Shown: piece by piece, positions 19,500-28,880 of the stretch | Position numbering within the stretch: the stretch's first letter is position 1 | Layout: the number at the start of each line of letters is the position of its first letter | Translations under genes and position numbers: made by a program | Notes under the pieces: generated by a model | What the model saw: the letters and a program-made list of their open reading frames with translations, nothing else | What the model was told of the DNA's origin: nothing | The model's database searches: none | NCBI GenBank assembly: GCA_034520945.1 | Contig: JAXHNB010000009.1 | Span: 162,173-226,172 of the forward strand | Length of the DNA stretch: 64,000 nucleotides | Direction: 5' to 3' | Source of the DNA: Trueperaceae bacterium | Lineage (GTDB): Bacteria; Deinococcota; Deinococci; Deinococcales; Trueperaceae

Positions 19500-20759
19500 A
19501 TGATGCGGCGCGCACGACGATCCTGGACGGGCGCGCCCCGCGGCTGGAGGATCGCGTGGGCGTTGGCCGTCACCCAGACGGTCGGCTTCGGGGTGCTGTT
19601 CTACGCCTACGCCGTGTTCACCCTTCCCATGGAGGCCGAGCTGGGCTGGACGCGCGCCCAGACGTCGGGGGCGTTCTCGTTGGCGCTGCTGGTCTCGGGC
19701 CTGGCGGCGCTGCCGGTCGGCCGTCTGGTGGACGCGCGCGGGGCCCGTGGGCTGATGAGCGTCGCCTCGCTGGCCGGAGCCCTGCTGTTGCTCGCGTGGT
19801 CGTTCGTCACCTCGGCCTGGACGCTGTACCTGATCCAGGCCGCCATTGGCCTGGTGATGGCGTGCGTGCTGTACGACGTCGCATTCACGGTGATCGCGAC
19901 CTGGTTCCGGCAGCAGCGCATTCGCGCCATGCTGCTGGTGACCACCTTCGCGGGCCTCGCCAGCACCATCTTCGTGCCGTTGGCGACCGCCTTGGTGGAG
20001 GGTCTGGGCTGGCGTGCGGCGTTGCGGGTGTTGGCGCTGCTGCTGGTGGGCATCACCGTGCCGTTGCACGCCCTGGTGGTGCGTCGCGCCCCGACGGCGC
20101 GCGACGGGGAGGCGTTCGAAGGCGCCGCCACGAATGATGCGGAGCACACGGCACCCGAGCCCAGCGTCGGCACCCGGGAGGCCCTGCGGAGCGGCACGTT
20201 CTGGTGGTTGTCGGGCGCCTTCGGCCTCGACCGCATCGCGATCGTGGCGGTGGCGGCCCACGCCGTGCCGCTGCTCCTGGAGCGCGGCTACGCCCCGGGC
20301 GTGGTCGCCACCGCGGCGGGCTCGATCGGGCTGCTGCAGGTCGTGGGGCGCATCGCGTTCGCGCCCGCCACGGCCCACCTGCCGCTGGCGCACCTCACGT
20401 CGATCACCTTCTCGGTGCGGGCGGCAGCCCTCCTCTGCCTGTGGCTGGTCCCGGGCGGGGTTGGCCTGTGGGCGTTCGTGACCGGGTTCGGCCTCGCCAA
20501 CGGCGCCAGCACCCTGGCGCGCGCCGGGCTGGTCGCCGCCCGCTTCGGACCCGCCCACTACGGCGCCATCAATGGGGGGATCAGCACCGTGGTGGCGGTG
20601 GCGCAGACCGTGGCGCCGCTGGGCGTCGGCGCGTTGCGCGACGGGACGGGCGGGTACGAGCTCGCCCTCGCCGCTCTGGTCACGGCGTCGTTGGCGGCCG
20701 CTGCCCTGGTTCTCCGGGCCGGCACCTCCACGGCGGTCGGCGCCACCACGCTCCGCTGA
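19500..20759 (+). CDS. MFS transporter
   Basis: GRLVDARGAR (MFS motif A); ~12 hydrophobic segments. Confidence 0.88.
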   Translation: MMRRARRSWTGAPRGWRIAWALAVTQTVGFGVLFYAYAVFTLPMEAELGWTRAQTSGAFSLALLVSGLAALPVGRLVDARGARGLMSVASLAGALLLLAWSFVTSAWTLYLIQAAIGLVMACVLYDVAFTVIATWFRQQRIRAMLLVTTFAGLASTIFVPLATALVEGLGWRAALRVLALLLVGITVPLHALVVRRAPTARDGEAFEGAATNDAEHTAPEPSVGTREALRSGTFWWLSGAFGLDRIAIVAVAAHAVPLLLERGYAPGVVATAAGSIGLLQVVGRIAFAPATAHLPLAHLTSITFSVRAAALLCLWLVPGGVGLWAFVTGFGLANGASTLARAGLVAARFGPAHYGAINGGISTVVAVAQTVAPLGVGALRDGTGGYELALAALVTASLAAAALVLRAGTSTAVGATTLR

Positions 20760-20769
20760 CGACCGCGCC

Positions 20770-21750
20770 TCAGGCCGCCCGCCCGCGGGCGAGGAGCTCC
20801 ATGAACCGGCCCTCGCCGATGTTGCTGCCGCACAGCACCGCCACCACCCGCCGGCCCTCGAGATCCGACCGCAGCGGGCCGGCCGCCGCCGCCAGGGTCG
20901 CCGCACCCGCGGGCTCCAGCGCGAACTTCCAGGCGTCGTACGCACCCGCCATGGCCCGGCACAGCTGGTCGTCGCTGACCAGCACCATCCGGTCGACGAC
21001 GACGCGGCACGCCTCGAACGTGTCGGCCGTGTGCATCGGCGCGCCCATGCTGTCGGCGACGGTATCGACGTCGACGCGCGCCAGCGGCGCGCCCTGGGCC
21101 AGGCTGTGCGTCAGGCCCGGCGCTCCCTCGGGTTCGACGCCGATGACCTCGCAGCTGGGATGAAGCGCGCGGATCGCTGCGCCGATGCCGGCCAGCAGAC
21201 CGCCCCCGCCGACCGCGACCAGCACCACGTCCGGGGCGTCGATCTGCTCGGCGATCTCGAGGCCGACCGTGCCCGTGCCCTCGCGGGTGCGCTCCCCGTC
21301 GAACGGGTGCACGAAGGTCCGGCCCTCCTGCTGCCGGATCTCGTCCACGCGCGCGAACGCCTCCCCGATGTCGTCGGCCAGGATCACCTCGGCGCCGTGA
21401 CGTTCGCAGGCCGCCACCCGCACCGGATCGGCGGCGCGGTGCATCACCACCTTCGCCGAGATGCCGGTGACCGCGGCCGCGTACGCGACGGCGATGGCAT
21501 GGTTGCCGGCACTCACCGCCGTCACCCCGCGCGCCCGGGCCTCCTCCGGCAGCGTGAGCAGGGTGTTCAGGGCGCCCCGCGCCTTGAAGGTCCCCGTTCG
21601 TTGCAGGAACTCGAGCTTCAGGAACAGCGTGCCGTCACCGACCGCTGGCACCTCGGCCGGAGACGGGACCGCGTGCACGGGCGTGCGCAGGAGGTACGGC
21701 GCCAGGCGCGTTTGCGCCTCGCGAATGGCCTCTAGAGTGGGAACGCTCAT
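20770..21750 (-). CDS. Threonine/serine dehydratase family (PLP fold II)
   Basis: LKLEFLQRTGTFKARGA, SAGNHA, VGGGGL, CGSN. Confidence 0.9.
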   Translation of the reverse strand: MSVPTLEAIREAQTRLAPYLLRTPVHAVPSPAEVPAVGDGTLFLKLEFLQRTGTFKARGALNTLLTLPEEARARGVTAVSAGNHAIAVAYAAAVTGISAKVVMHRAADPVRVAACERHGAEVILADDIGEAFARVDEIRQQEGRTFVHPFDGERTREGTGTVGLEIAEQIDAPDVVLVAVGGGGLLAGIGAAIRALHPSCEVIGVEPEGAPGLTHSLAQGAPLARVDVDTVADSMGAPMHTADTFEACRVVVDRMVLVSDDQLCRAMAGAYDAWKFALEPAGAATLAAAAGPLRSDLEGRRVVAVLCGSNIGEGRFMELLARGRAA

Positions 21751-22748
21751 GCGCCGAGCGACACCCAGCCGCCCCGCGCGGCGCTCTCACGGATGGCGTC
21801 CAGCACCCGCATGTTGTTCACGCCGTCCAGGAGGGGCGTCGGCACCGGCGTGTCCTCCAGCACCGCCTTCGAGAAGGCCTCGCCCTGCAGCGTGTACTGA
21901 TCGACGTTGTCGTACGTGGTCTGGACGGTCTCGGCGCCCCGCCCGAGCCACAGGCGGTGCGGGCCCTGGGGCGGGGCGTTGAACGGGATCTCGAGCTCGA
22001 TGCGCCCGTCCGTCCCGAACGCCTGGGCACGTTGGTACGGCTCGTGCTGCGTGCCGCAGGTGAACGTCGCCGTGTCGCCGTCGCCGAAGTCCAGCAGCGC
22101 GCTGGCCAAGCGGTCCACCCCGAACGTCGGATCGACCTCCACGCTGGCGACGACCCGCACGGGCTCCCGCCCGAACAGGAAGCGCGACAGCGAGACGTCG
22201 TAGCACCCGATGTCCATCAGGCCGCCCCCGCCGGTCTCGGGCTTGTTGCGGATGTTGTCCGGGTCGTGCTTGCGGTATGAGAAGTGCGAGTGCACCACGC
22301 GGAGCCGCCCGATCGCGCCCTCGTCCACCCAGCGTTTGGCCTGCTGCCACTGCGGGTGGAAGCGGTACATGAACCCTTCCATCACCTTCAGGTGCGGGTG
22401 CTTTTCCGACGCGTCCAGCAGCTCCGCCGCCTCGTCGGCGCTCATGCCGAGCGGCTTCTCGCACAGCACGTGCTTGCCGGCCTCGAGCGCCCGCTTGGAC
22501 CAGGAGACGTGCAACTGGTTGGGCAGCGGGTTGTAGACGGCGTCGACCTCGTCCGACGCCAGCAGCGCCTCGTAGTCGCCGAACGCGTGCGGCACGTGCA
22601 GCGCGTCGGCCGCCCGGCGCGCCTTCGCCTCGTCGCGGGAGGCGATGGCCACCACGTCGACGTTGTCGGCCTTCTGCATGGCGGGGACGACCTTGCTCAC
22701 CGCGATCTTGGCGGTGCTGAGCACCCCCCAGCGAACCTTGTCCTGCAT
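21747..22748 (-). CDS. Gfo/Idh/MocA-family oxidoreductase
   Basis: VRWGVLSTAKIA, GKHVLCEKP, GGGLMDIGCY; GGAGG RBS before ATG 22748. Confidence 0.92.
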   Translation of the reverse strand: MQDKVRWGVLSTAKIAVSKVVPAMQKADNVDVVAIASRDEAKARRAADALHVPHAFGDYEALLASDEVDAVYNPLPNQLHVSWSKRALEAGKHVLCEKPLGMSADEAAELLDASEKHPHLKVMEGFMYRFHPQWQQAKRWVDEGAIGRLRVVHSHFSYRKHDPDNIRNKPETGGGGLMDIGCYDVSLSRFLFGREPVRVVASVEVDPTFGVDRLASALLDFGDGDTATFTCGTQHEPYQRAQAFGTDGRIELEIPFNAPPQGPHRLWLGRGAETVQTTYDNVDQYTLQGEAFSKAVLEDTPVPTPLLDGVNNMRVLDAIRESAARGGWVSLGA

Positions 22749-22828
22749 GTCGTACCTCCAGGTCTTCAGGTCTCGGGCCACCGTACCCCGCCGCTGGGCG
22801 TGCCCCCTGCGCCTGGGACGCACGGACG

Positions 22829-22857
22829 CGGGGCGGGACGCTCTGCGTCCCGCCCCG
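22829..22857. terminator. 13-bp GC-rich hairpin downstream of the exported-protein gene
   Basis: CGGGGCGGGACGC-TCT-GCGTCCCGCCCCG; no U tract. Confidence 0.45.
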
Positions 22858-22889
22858 TGGCGGTCGTGGCTCGGCGCTCGACTCGCGTC

Positions 22890-23717
22890 CTACCAGCGCC
22901 AGCCCATCATCGGGCTGAATCGGGGCCCGTCGCGAACGGCCACAGCCTGCACGGACAGGTCGACCGTGCGCTCGGTGGCCGGCAACGTCACCTCCAGGTG
23001 GTCGGCCTCGGCGGCGGCCTGACGCAGCTCCTCGGCGAACGCGATCGCACTGTCCACGCCCTGCGTGAAGGAGAGCGTGCGCGACGCCTCGCCGTCCTCG
23101 GCCTCGTAGACCTCCACCGTGACGGTCTGGCCGTCCTCGAGGCAGGCGAGGCAGGGAACGGCGCGCGCGCCGAAGTCGCCGCGGCCCGGCGTGACGGCGT
23201 CATCGCCACCCTCGAGGGTCACGACGCGTTCGGAGGTTTCGATGCGCGCGAACGCGGCGTCCTCCAGCGCAGCCGCCAGCTGACCCAGGAAGGTGGACTC
23301 GGAGTCGGAACCGACGCGAAGCGAGAGGGTGGCGACGGGTTCCGCGCCGTCGGCGGGATCCGCCTCGAACAGCGACACGCGCACGTCGGTGCCCAGCGGC
23401 AGCGCGCGCAGTCCGAAGGGGTTCGCCGAGAACGCCCCCTCGACCCGGTCGCGCAGCGCCATGGTGCCGGCGCCGTCGTCACGCAGCTGCTGCCGAGTCG
23501 TCTGACGCATCTCCATGCGCCCGGTCGACGCTTCGGGGGCGTGCATGCGGAGCGCGTGGGCGCTTCGTGCCTGCATCCGCGGCACGTCGGGCTGCGCACC
23601 TCTTGGGGGCTGCGCCCAGGCCGTGGCGCCGGCGAGCAGGCCGAGGATGGCCACGGCGACCGCGAGTCGTCGCGGTGCCCGCGTGGGGGTGGGGTGAGAA
23701 CGTAGGGATTCGCACAT
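22890..23717 (-). CDS. Exported hypothetical protein with an internally duplicated domain
   Basis: AAGGA RBS; signal peptide ending ATAWA-Q; two similar ~55-aa units; divergent from the two-component system. Confidence 0.65.
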   Translation of the reverse strand: MCESLRSHPTPTRAPRRLAVAVAILGLLAGATAWAQPPRGAQPDVPRMQARSAHALRMHAPEASTGRMEMRQTTRQQLRDDGAGTMALRDRVEGAFSANPFGLRALPLGTDVRVSLFEADPADGAEPVATLSLRVGSDSESTFLGQLAAALEDAAFARIETSERVVTLEGGDDAVTPGRGDFGARAVPCLACLEDGQTVTVEVYEAEDGEASRTLSFTQGVDSAIAFAEELRQAAAEADHLEVTLPATERTVDLSVQAVAVRDGPRFSPMMGWRW

Positions 23718-23912
23718 GATGGGTGTCCTTTCTGGCCCTCGGGAGCCTCGCGTCCACGATGCCGACCGCGTGTTGCGAACTCGTGTGCGCCCGCGCTGCG
23801 GGCGGGGCGGTCCGACCGGCCCCGCCTTCGCGAAACGCACATGATCGGGCCGTACACTCGGGGTACGAACGTGGCGGTCCAGGTACCGTCGCCGTTCCGA
23901 TAGGGAGGGACC

Positions 23913-24641
23913 ATGCCGGCCGCCGAACCCGCACCTTCGTCCCCGTCGACGCGGGGTGCGCTGGTGCTGGTGGTCGAGGACGAGTCCGTCCTGGCCGCCA
24001 CCCTCGAACTGGTGCTCCGCCACGACGGGTTCAGGACCGAGCACGCCTCCGACGGGCACCGTGCCGTGGCGTTGTGGCGGGCCGCCGATCCCGACCTCGT
24101 GCTGTTGGACCTCGGCCTGCCGGGCCTGGACGGAACCGAGGTGTTGAAGGTCATGCGCCGGGACGCCACCGTGCCGGTCGTGGTCCTCACCGCCCGCGCC
24201 GAAGAGGCGGACGAACTGCACGGCCTCGGGCTCGGCGCGGACGACTACCTGGTCAAGCCCGTCAGCGCCCGCAAGCTCCTCGCCCACGTTCATGCGGTCC
24301 TGCGGCGCGCGACGCCCGCCCCGAAGGCGAGCGCGTCCGAGGTGCTGCGCGTCGGCCCCCTCCACGTCGATCCGTACCGCGTGGAGGCGCGCGTCGCCGG
24401 GACCGCCGTGCCGTTGACCCCCAGCGAATTCCGGCTCCTGGCGCACATGGCGCGCGCGCCCGGACGCGCCCACACCCGCGACGAGCTCTACGAGGCGGCC
24501 CTCCCCGAAGGCGACGGGCTTGAGCGCGCCGTGGACGTGCACGTCGCCCACCTGCGCCGCAAGCTGCGCCGGGCCGGCACCGACGGCATGATCGAAACGG
24601 TCCGCGGCGTGGGCTATCGCCTCGGCGAGAGCCCACCGTGA
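23913..24641 (+). CDS. OmpR/BaeR-family response regulator
   Basis: VVEDE, LLDLGLPG, GADDYLVKP, ETVRGVGYRL. Confidence 0.94.
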   Translation: MPAAEPAPSSPSTRGALVLVVEDESVLAATLELVLRHDGFRTEHASDGHRAVALWRAADPDLVLLDLGLPGLDGTEVLKVMRRDATVPVVVLTARAEEADELHGLGLGADDYLVKPVSARKLLAHVHAVLRRATPAPKASASEVLRVGPLHVDPYRVEARVAGTAVPLTPSEFRLLAHMARAPGRAHTRDELYEAALPEGDGLERAVDVHVAHLRRKLRRAGTDGMIETVRGVGYRLGESPP

Positions 24642-25816
24642 AGCGGATCTGGGTGCAGCTGCTCGGCGCGATGCTGCTGGTCGCGCTGGTGTCGATGCTG
24701 GTCGTGCCGACCGCACTGACGCTGGCCGACCGGGCCGCCTACGCCCGGCTGCCGGACGGACTGCGCGCGCGAGTGGAAGCGTTCAGCCGTCCGGCCCCGC
24801 TGATTCCACGCGGCGGTGGTCCGCGCGCCGGGATGGGCGGAGCGGCCTTTCAGGACGACGCTACGCATCTCGCCCTCCTCCTGCGCGACCAGCGCGCACT
24901 CCGGCGGAACGCCGTCGTCATCGGTGCCTTGATGGCCGTGACGATCTCCGCAGCGTTGGCGATCCTGCTGTCACGCGGGCTGGCCCGGCCGATCGAGGCG
25001 GTGTCGCGCGCCGCCGCCCGGCTGGCCGAAGGACGGTTGGACGCCCGGGCGACCCTGCCGCACCCAGGGCGCGCGCCGCACGAGGTGCGCGCCCTCGCCC
25101 GGGACTTCGACGCCATGGCGACCGCGCTGGAACGCCTCGAGCACGAACGCGAGGCCATGATCGCCGACGTCGCGCACGAACTCCGCAACCCCTTGGCGAC
25201 GTTGTCCATGCGGCTGGAGGCCGCCGCCGATGGACTGGTCGCGCTGGACGACGCGGAAGTTACGACCCTGCGCGGGCAGGTGGACCTGTTGACGCGGTTG
25301 GTGAACGACCTGCGCACCCTGTCGCAGGCCGACGCCGGCCGGTTGAGCCTGACGCCCGAGGCGCTGGACCTGCGCGAACCCGTGCGCGAGGCGGCCGCCG
25401 CCTACCGGCCGTCCTCAGCTCGCGCCGGTCTGCACATGGTACTGGAGTTGCCCGATTCGCCCCTGCCTGCCGACGCCGACCGGGACCGGATCCGGCAGGT
25501 GCTTCACAACCTGCTGGAGAACGCGTTCCGCCACACGCCCGAAGGGGGCACGGTCACGCTGCGGGCGGCAGCACGAGCGGACGGCGTCGTCCGCATCTCG
25601 GTTCGAAACACCGGCAGCGGCATCCACGTCGAGCCGCCCGAGGCGATCTTCGAGCGGTTCGTGCACGAACGCCCGCGCGACCTGCAGCGGGAGGGCGGAA
25701 GCGGACTCGGGTTGGCGATCGTGCGGACGCTGGTCACCCTGCACGGGGGGCGTGTCTTCGCCCGTGATCACGGGGATGGTGCCGAGGTCGGCTTCGAGTT
25801 GCCGGGTGGGGGGTGA
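24638..25816 (+). CDS. HAMP-containing sensor histidine kinase (BaeS-like)
   Basis: Two TM segments, HAMP, AHELRNPL, NLLENAFRH, GSGLGLAI. Confidence 0.94.
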   Translation: MKRIWVQLLGAMLLVALVSMLVVPTALTLADRAAYARLPDGLRARVEAFSRPAPLIPRGGGPRAGMGGAAFQDDATHLALLLRDQRALRRNAVVIGALMAVTISAALAILLSRGLARPIEAVSRAAARLAEGRLDARATLPHPGRAPHEVRALARDFDAMATALERLEHEREAMIADVAHELRNPLATLSMRLEAAADGLVALDDAEVTTLRGQVDLLTRLVNDLRTLSQADAGRLSLTPEALDLREPVREAAAAYRPSSARAGLHMVLELPDSPLPADADRDRIRQVLHNLLENAFRHTPEGGTVTLRAAARADGVVRISVRNTGSGIHVEPPEAIFERFVHERPRDLQREGGSGLGLAIVRTLVTLHGGRVFARDHGDGAEVGFELPGGG

Positions 25817-26014
25817 GGGGCGCGTCACGCCCATTCGGGCCGAGCAACCACCGGCACCGAGCACGTGGGATGAACGCGTGAGCCGAGGCCCCCGCGCGCA
25901 GCACACGTGTCGCCCAGCCTTGAAGCCGGCCGCGAGCGGTCCCTAGGGTGAGGTCGTTCCGTCGAACGTGAGGCATACGGCCGTGCAGTTCGGCTCCAGA
26001 GGGAGGGTTCGCCG

Positions 26015-28805
26015 ATGTGCGACCGCACGCGTGCGACCGACCGCCGACCGACGACGCACCGAACCCGAGGCGTTATCCCGCGGCACGCTGGACCGAACGC
26101 CTCGACACGGGGCCGCCAACCGCTCACGGCCCTCGTGGCCGGGGCACTGGCCGCGACCGTGCTGGCCGCGTGCGGGACGGAGCCCACGGGCGGAGCCCCT
26201 GGGGGCGGGGACGACACCGTGCCGCTAGGTTCCGAGGAGATCGTGGAGGGCGAGGACGGCGCCACGCTCGGCGCAACCACCAACGCGGTGGACGAGCGCA
26301 TCGACGTCTCGATCCGAAGCGCCGACCCTGACGCCGCCACCGACGCGCCGCTGCGGGTCGAACGGGTGGGCGACGCCTACCGGTTCTCCAGCGACGAGGC
26401 CGTGGTGACGGACACCGAGCACCCCTTCGTGGTCGGCCTGCCCTTCGAGGCCGACGCGCCACCGGAGGACCTGGCCCTCGCCATGCTGCTTCCCGGCGAG
26501 GAGGGGCACGGCGATCCCGTCCCGGACCTCGAAGATCACGGCGAGGGGGTCAGCGACGACCGCTGGGCCTTCCGGCGCGCCTTCTACGACGAAGAGCGGG
26601 GCTTGCTGTTGACCACCCTGCACTCGCTGAACGAGGAGGGACGCGTGTTTCAGGTGGTGCGGGACGAGACGTTCGAGACGCGGGAGAGCACCGTCCCCAG
26701 CAAAGCCGAGGCGTTGAACCCGAGCCAGTCCGATCCGACGTTCGAGATGCGCTGCCATCCGAGCGACTTCGACAACGTCAGTTTCTCCTGCGGCCAGTTG
26801 GACCGTGACGCTGGCGCCGCGCTCTTCGAGAAGGCCTACGACGACTTCACCTCGGTCGGGTTCACGGACAGCCCCAACCTGTACCAAGTGCCCGAGTCGG
26901 TCGCGATCGACAAGGACGCGCCGTGGGCGCAGGAAGGGGCGTACGTGATGACGCTTCGCGCCTGCAGCCAGGCGATCCAGGACGTCGGCGACCCCGGGCA
27001 CTACTGGGGCTCGAACGGGCCGGGCTCCGCCTACGTGTGCTACGGATCTAACGTCAACTGGAAGAAGACGCCCGATCCGCCGCCGTCGCTGTGGGTGGAG
27101 GACATCATCCGTCACGAGACGTTCCACGGCGTGCAGAGCGAGTACCATGAACGGCCTCGGCCGCGCCTGGGTGGCAGAGGGCACCGCCAAGGCCGCCCAG
27201 GAGTCGGTGAACCTCATGCTGGTCTCCAAGCGCGGCAACGACCCGCACGACGCCGGCGCGCGCCACGCCGTCGACGAGGCCCTGACCAGCACCAACAACA
27301 ACGAGCACTACAAGGCCGAGGACTTCTGGGTGTGGCTGGGCAGGCGCCTGAACCAGGCCCGGCCGGTCGGCGAGGAGAAGGGCCTCGGGTACCTGATCCC
27401 GTTCTTCGAGGAGGGCGGCGACGTCAGCGACGTGGACGCCGAGCTGAAGGAGACCTCGACCTACGGCGGCCCGGGGCTCTCGGGGCTCAGCGCCGCCTAC
27501 CTCGACTGGGTCCGCAACCAGGCGTTCGAGAAGGCGATCCAACTGGGGCCCGACACGCTGGGGCAGGCGTGTGCGTACGAGGGGACCTTCGTCGACCAGT
27601 TGGTCACCTTGGACTACGATGCGGAGGAAGCACCGCCGGTCGACCACCGCTTCACCCTGGACCCGCTGAACTCCCGCGTGGTGCGGTTCGACTTCGGGTC
27701 GTTCGTGCTCGGCCCGTACGAGGCGCTGGCGAGCGTCGACGCCGACGACACCGCCGTCAAGATCAAGTTCTTCGACGATGCGGACGCCGGCACGCGGGAC
27801 TGCCGCGACGGCGGCGGCACCTCCGAAGTGGGCAACCAACTGGTGCAGCACCAGGCGCGTGACGGCGAACACCGACACTACGCGCTGGTGAGCAATACCG
27901 ACCTGTCGCAGAGTCACGACGCCACAGCTTCCGCGGAGGGCCTTCAGCAAGGCGTCCACGTGATCGCGCCCGGCGACGACGCCTCGTACGACGAAGGCGA
28001 CCAGGTGTTCCTGGAAGCCGCGGCGACCGGCTTCAGTTCGTATGGCGACGACTTCTCGATCGAATGGAGCTACGAGAACGACGACGAAGAACGGGAGATC
28101 GTCGCCACCACGGGGCAGCGCGAAGGCGAGCGGGTCCAACTCCCTGCTTCGACGGCCCGCTCACCGTCGACGGCCACCAACGACACGCAGTCGGCCTCGA
28201 CGATCGTAAGCCCCTCCTGCACGCCCAGCGAGGAGACCTTCACCTTCCACATGGACGAGACCAACAGCGGCGAGGTGTGGAGTGACGGTGAGACCCAAGA
28301 CGTCAAGGTGAACCCGCTCGAGGACGGCAGTGGCATGGTTCTGGTCGGTGACACGGAGGGGGGCTTCGGCGTGCGCGGCTACCTCGACTTCGACCTTTCC
28401 ACGCTGCCGAACGACCTGTCGTCGGTCCAGTCGGCCGAGATGACCGTCTTCTTCGAGGATTCGTTCGGCGACCCGTACAACGATCTCGGCACGCTGCAGG
28501 CGCTGCACGACGAGTACGGCACGCTGGAGGCCAGCGACTACCCGACCAGCACCCCCCGCCCCGGCCTGTACGACCTGGCCGACACGCCGGATCCCTTCGG
28601 CAACGTCACGGTGGACGTGACGACCGCCGTACGGGACGCGTGGGACAACCGCGAGACCATGGACGAGGACGTGCAGTTCATCCTCTACTTCGACATCGCC
28701 GACCAGCACGACGACAACGAGGACGACCTGCTCAAGATCAGCGCCTACGAGCCCGAACAGGGCGGGCCGGTCGTGCCGACGCTGGACGTGACGGTCGAGC
28801 ACTGA
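26015..28805 (+). CDS. Large lipoprotein, putative Zn-metallopeptidase (HExxH...EG) with C-terminal DNRLRE-like domain; frameshift at ~27146
   Basis: Lipobox LAAC; HETFH at the end of frame 1 followed directly by WVAEGTA in frame 2; GYLDFDLSTLP near the C-terminus; start codon uncertain. Confidence 0.65.
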
Positions 28806-28880
28806 CGCCGAAACCCCTCAGGTGACGCCCCAACCCCCAAGCGAGTACGCTGACCCCGTACCCGCAGGAAGGAGCGCACC

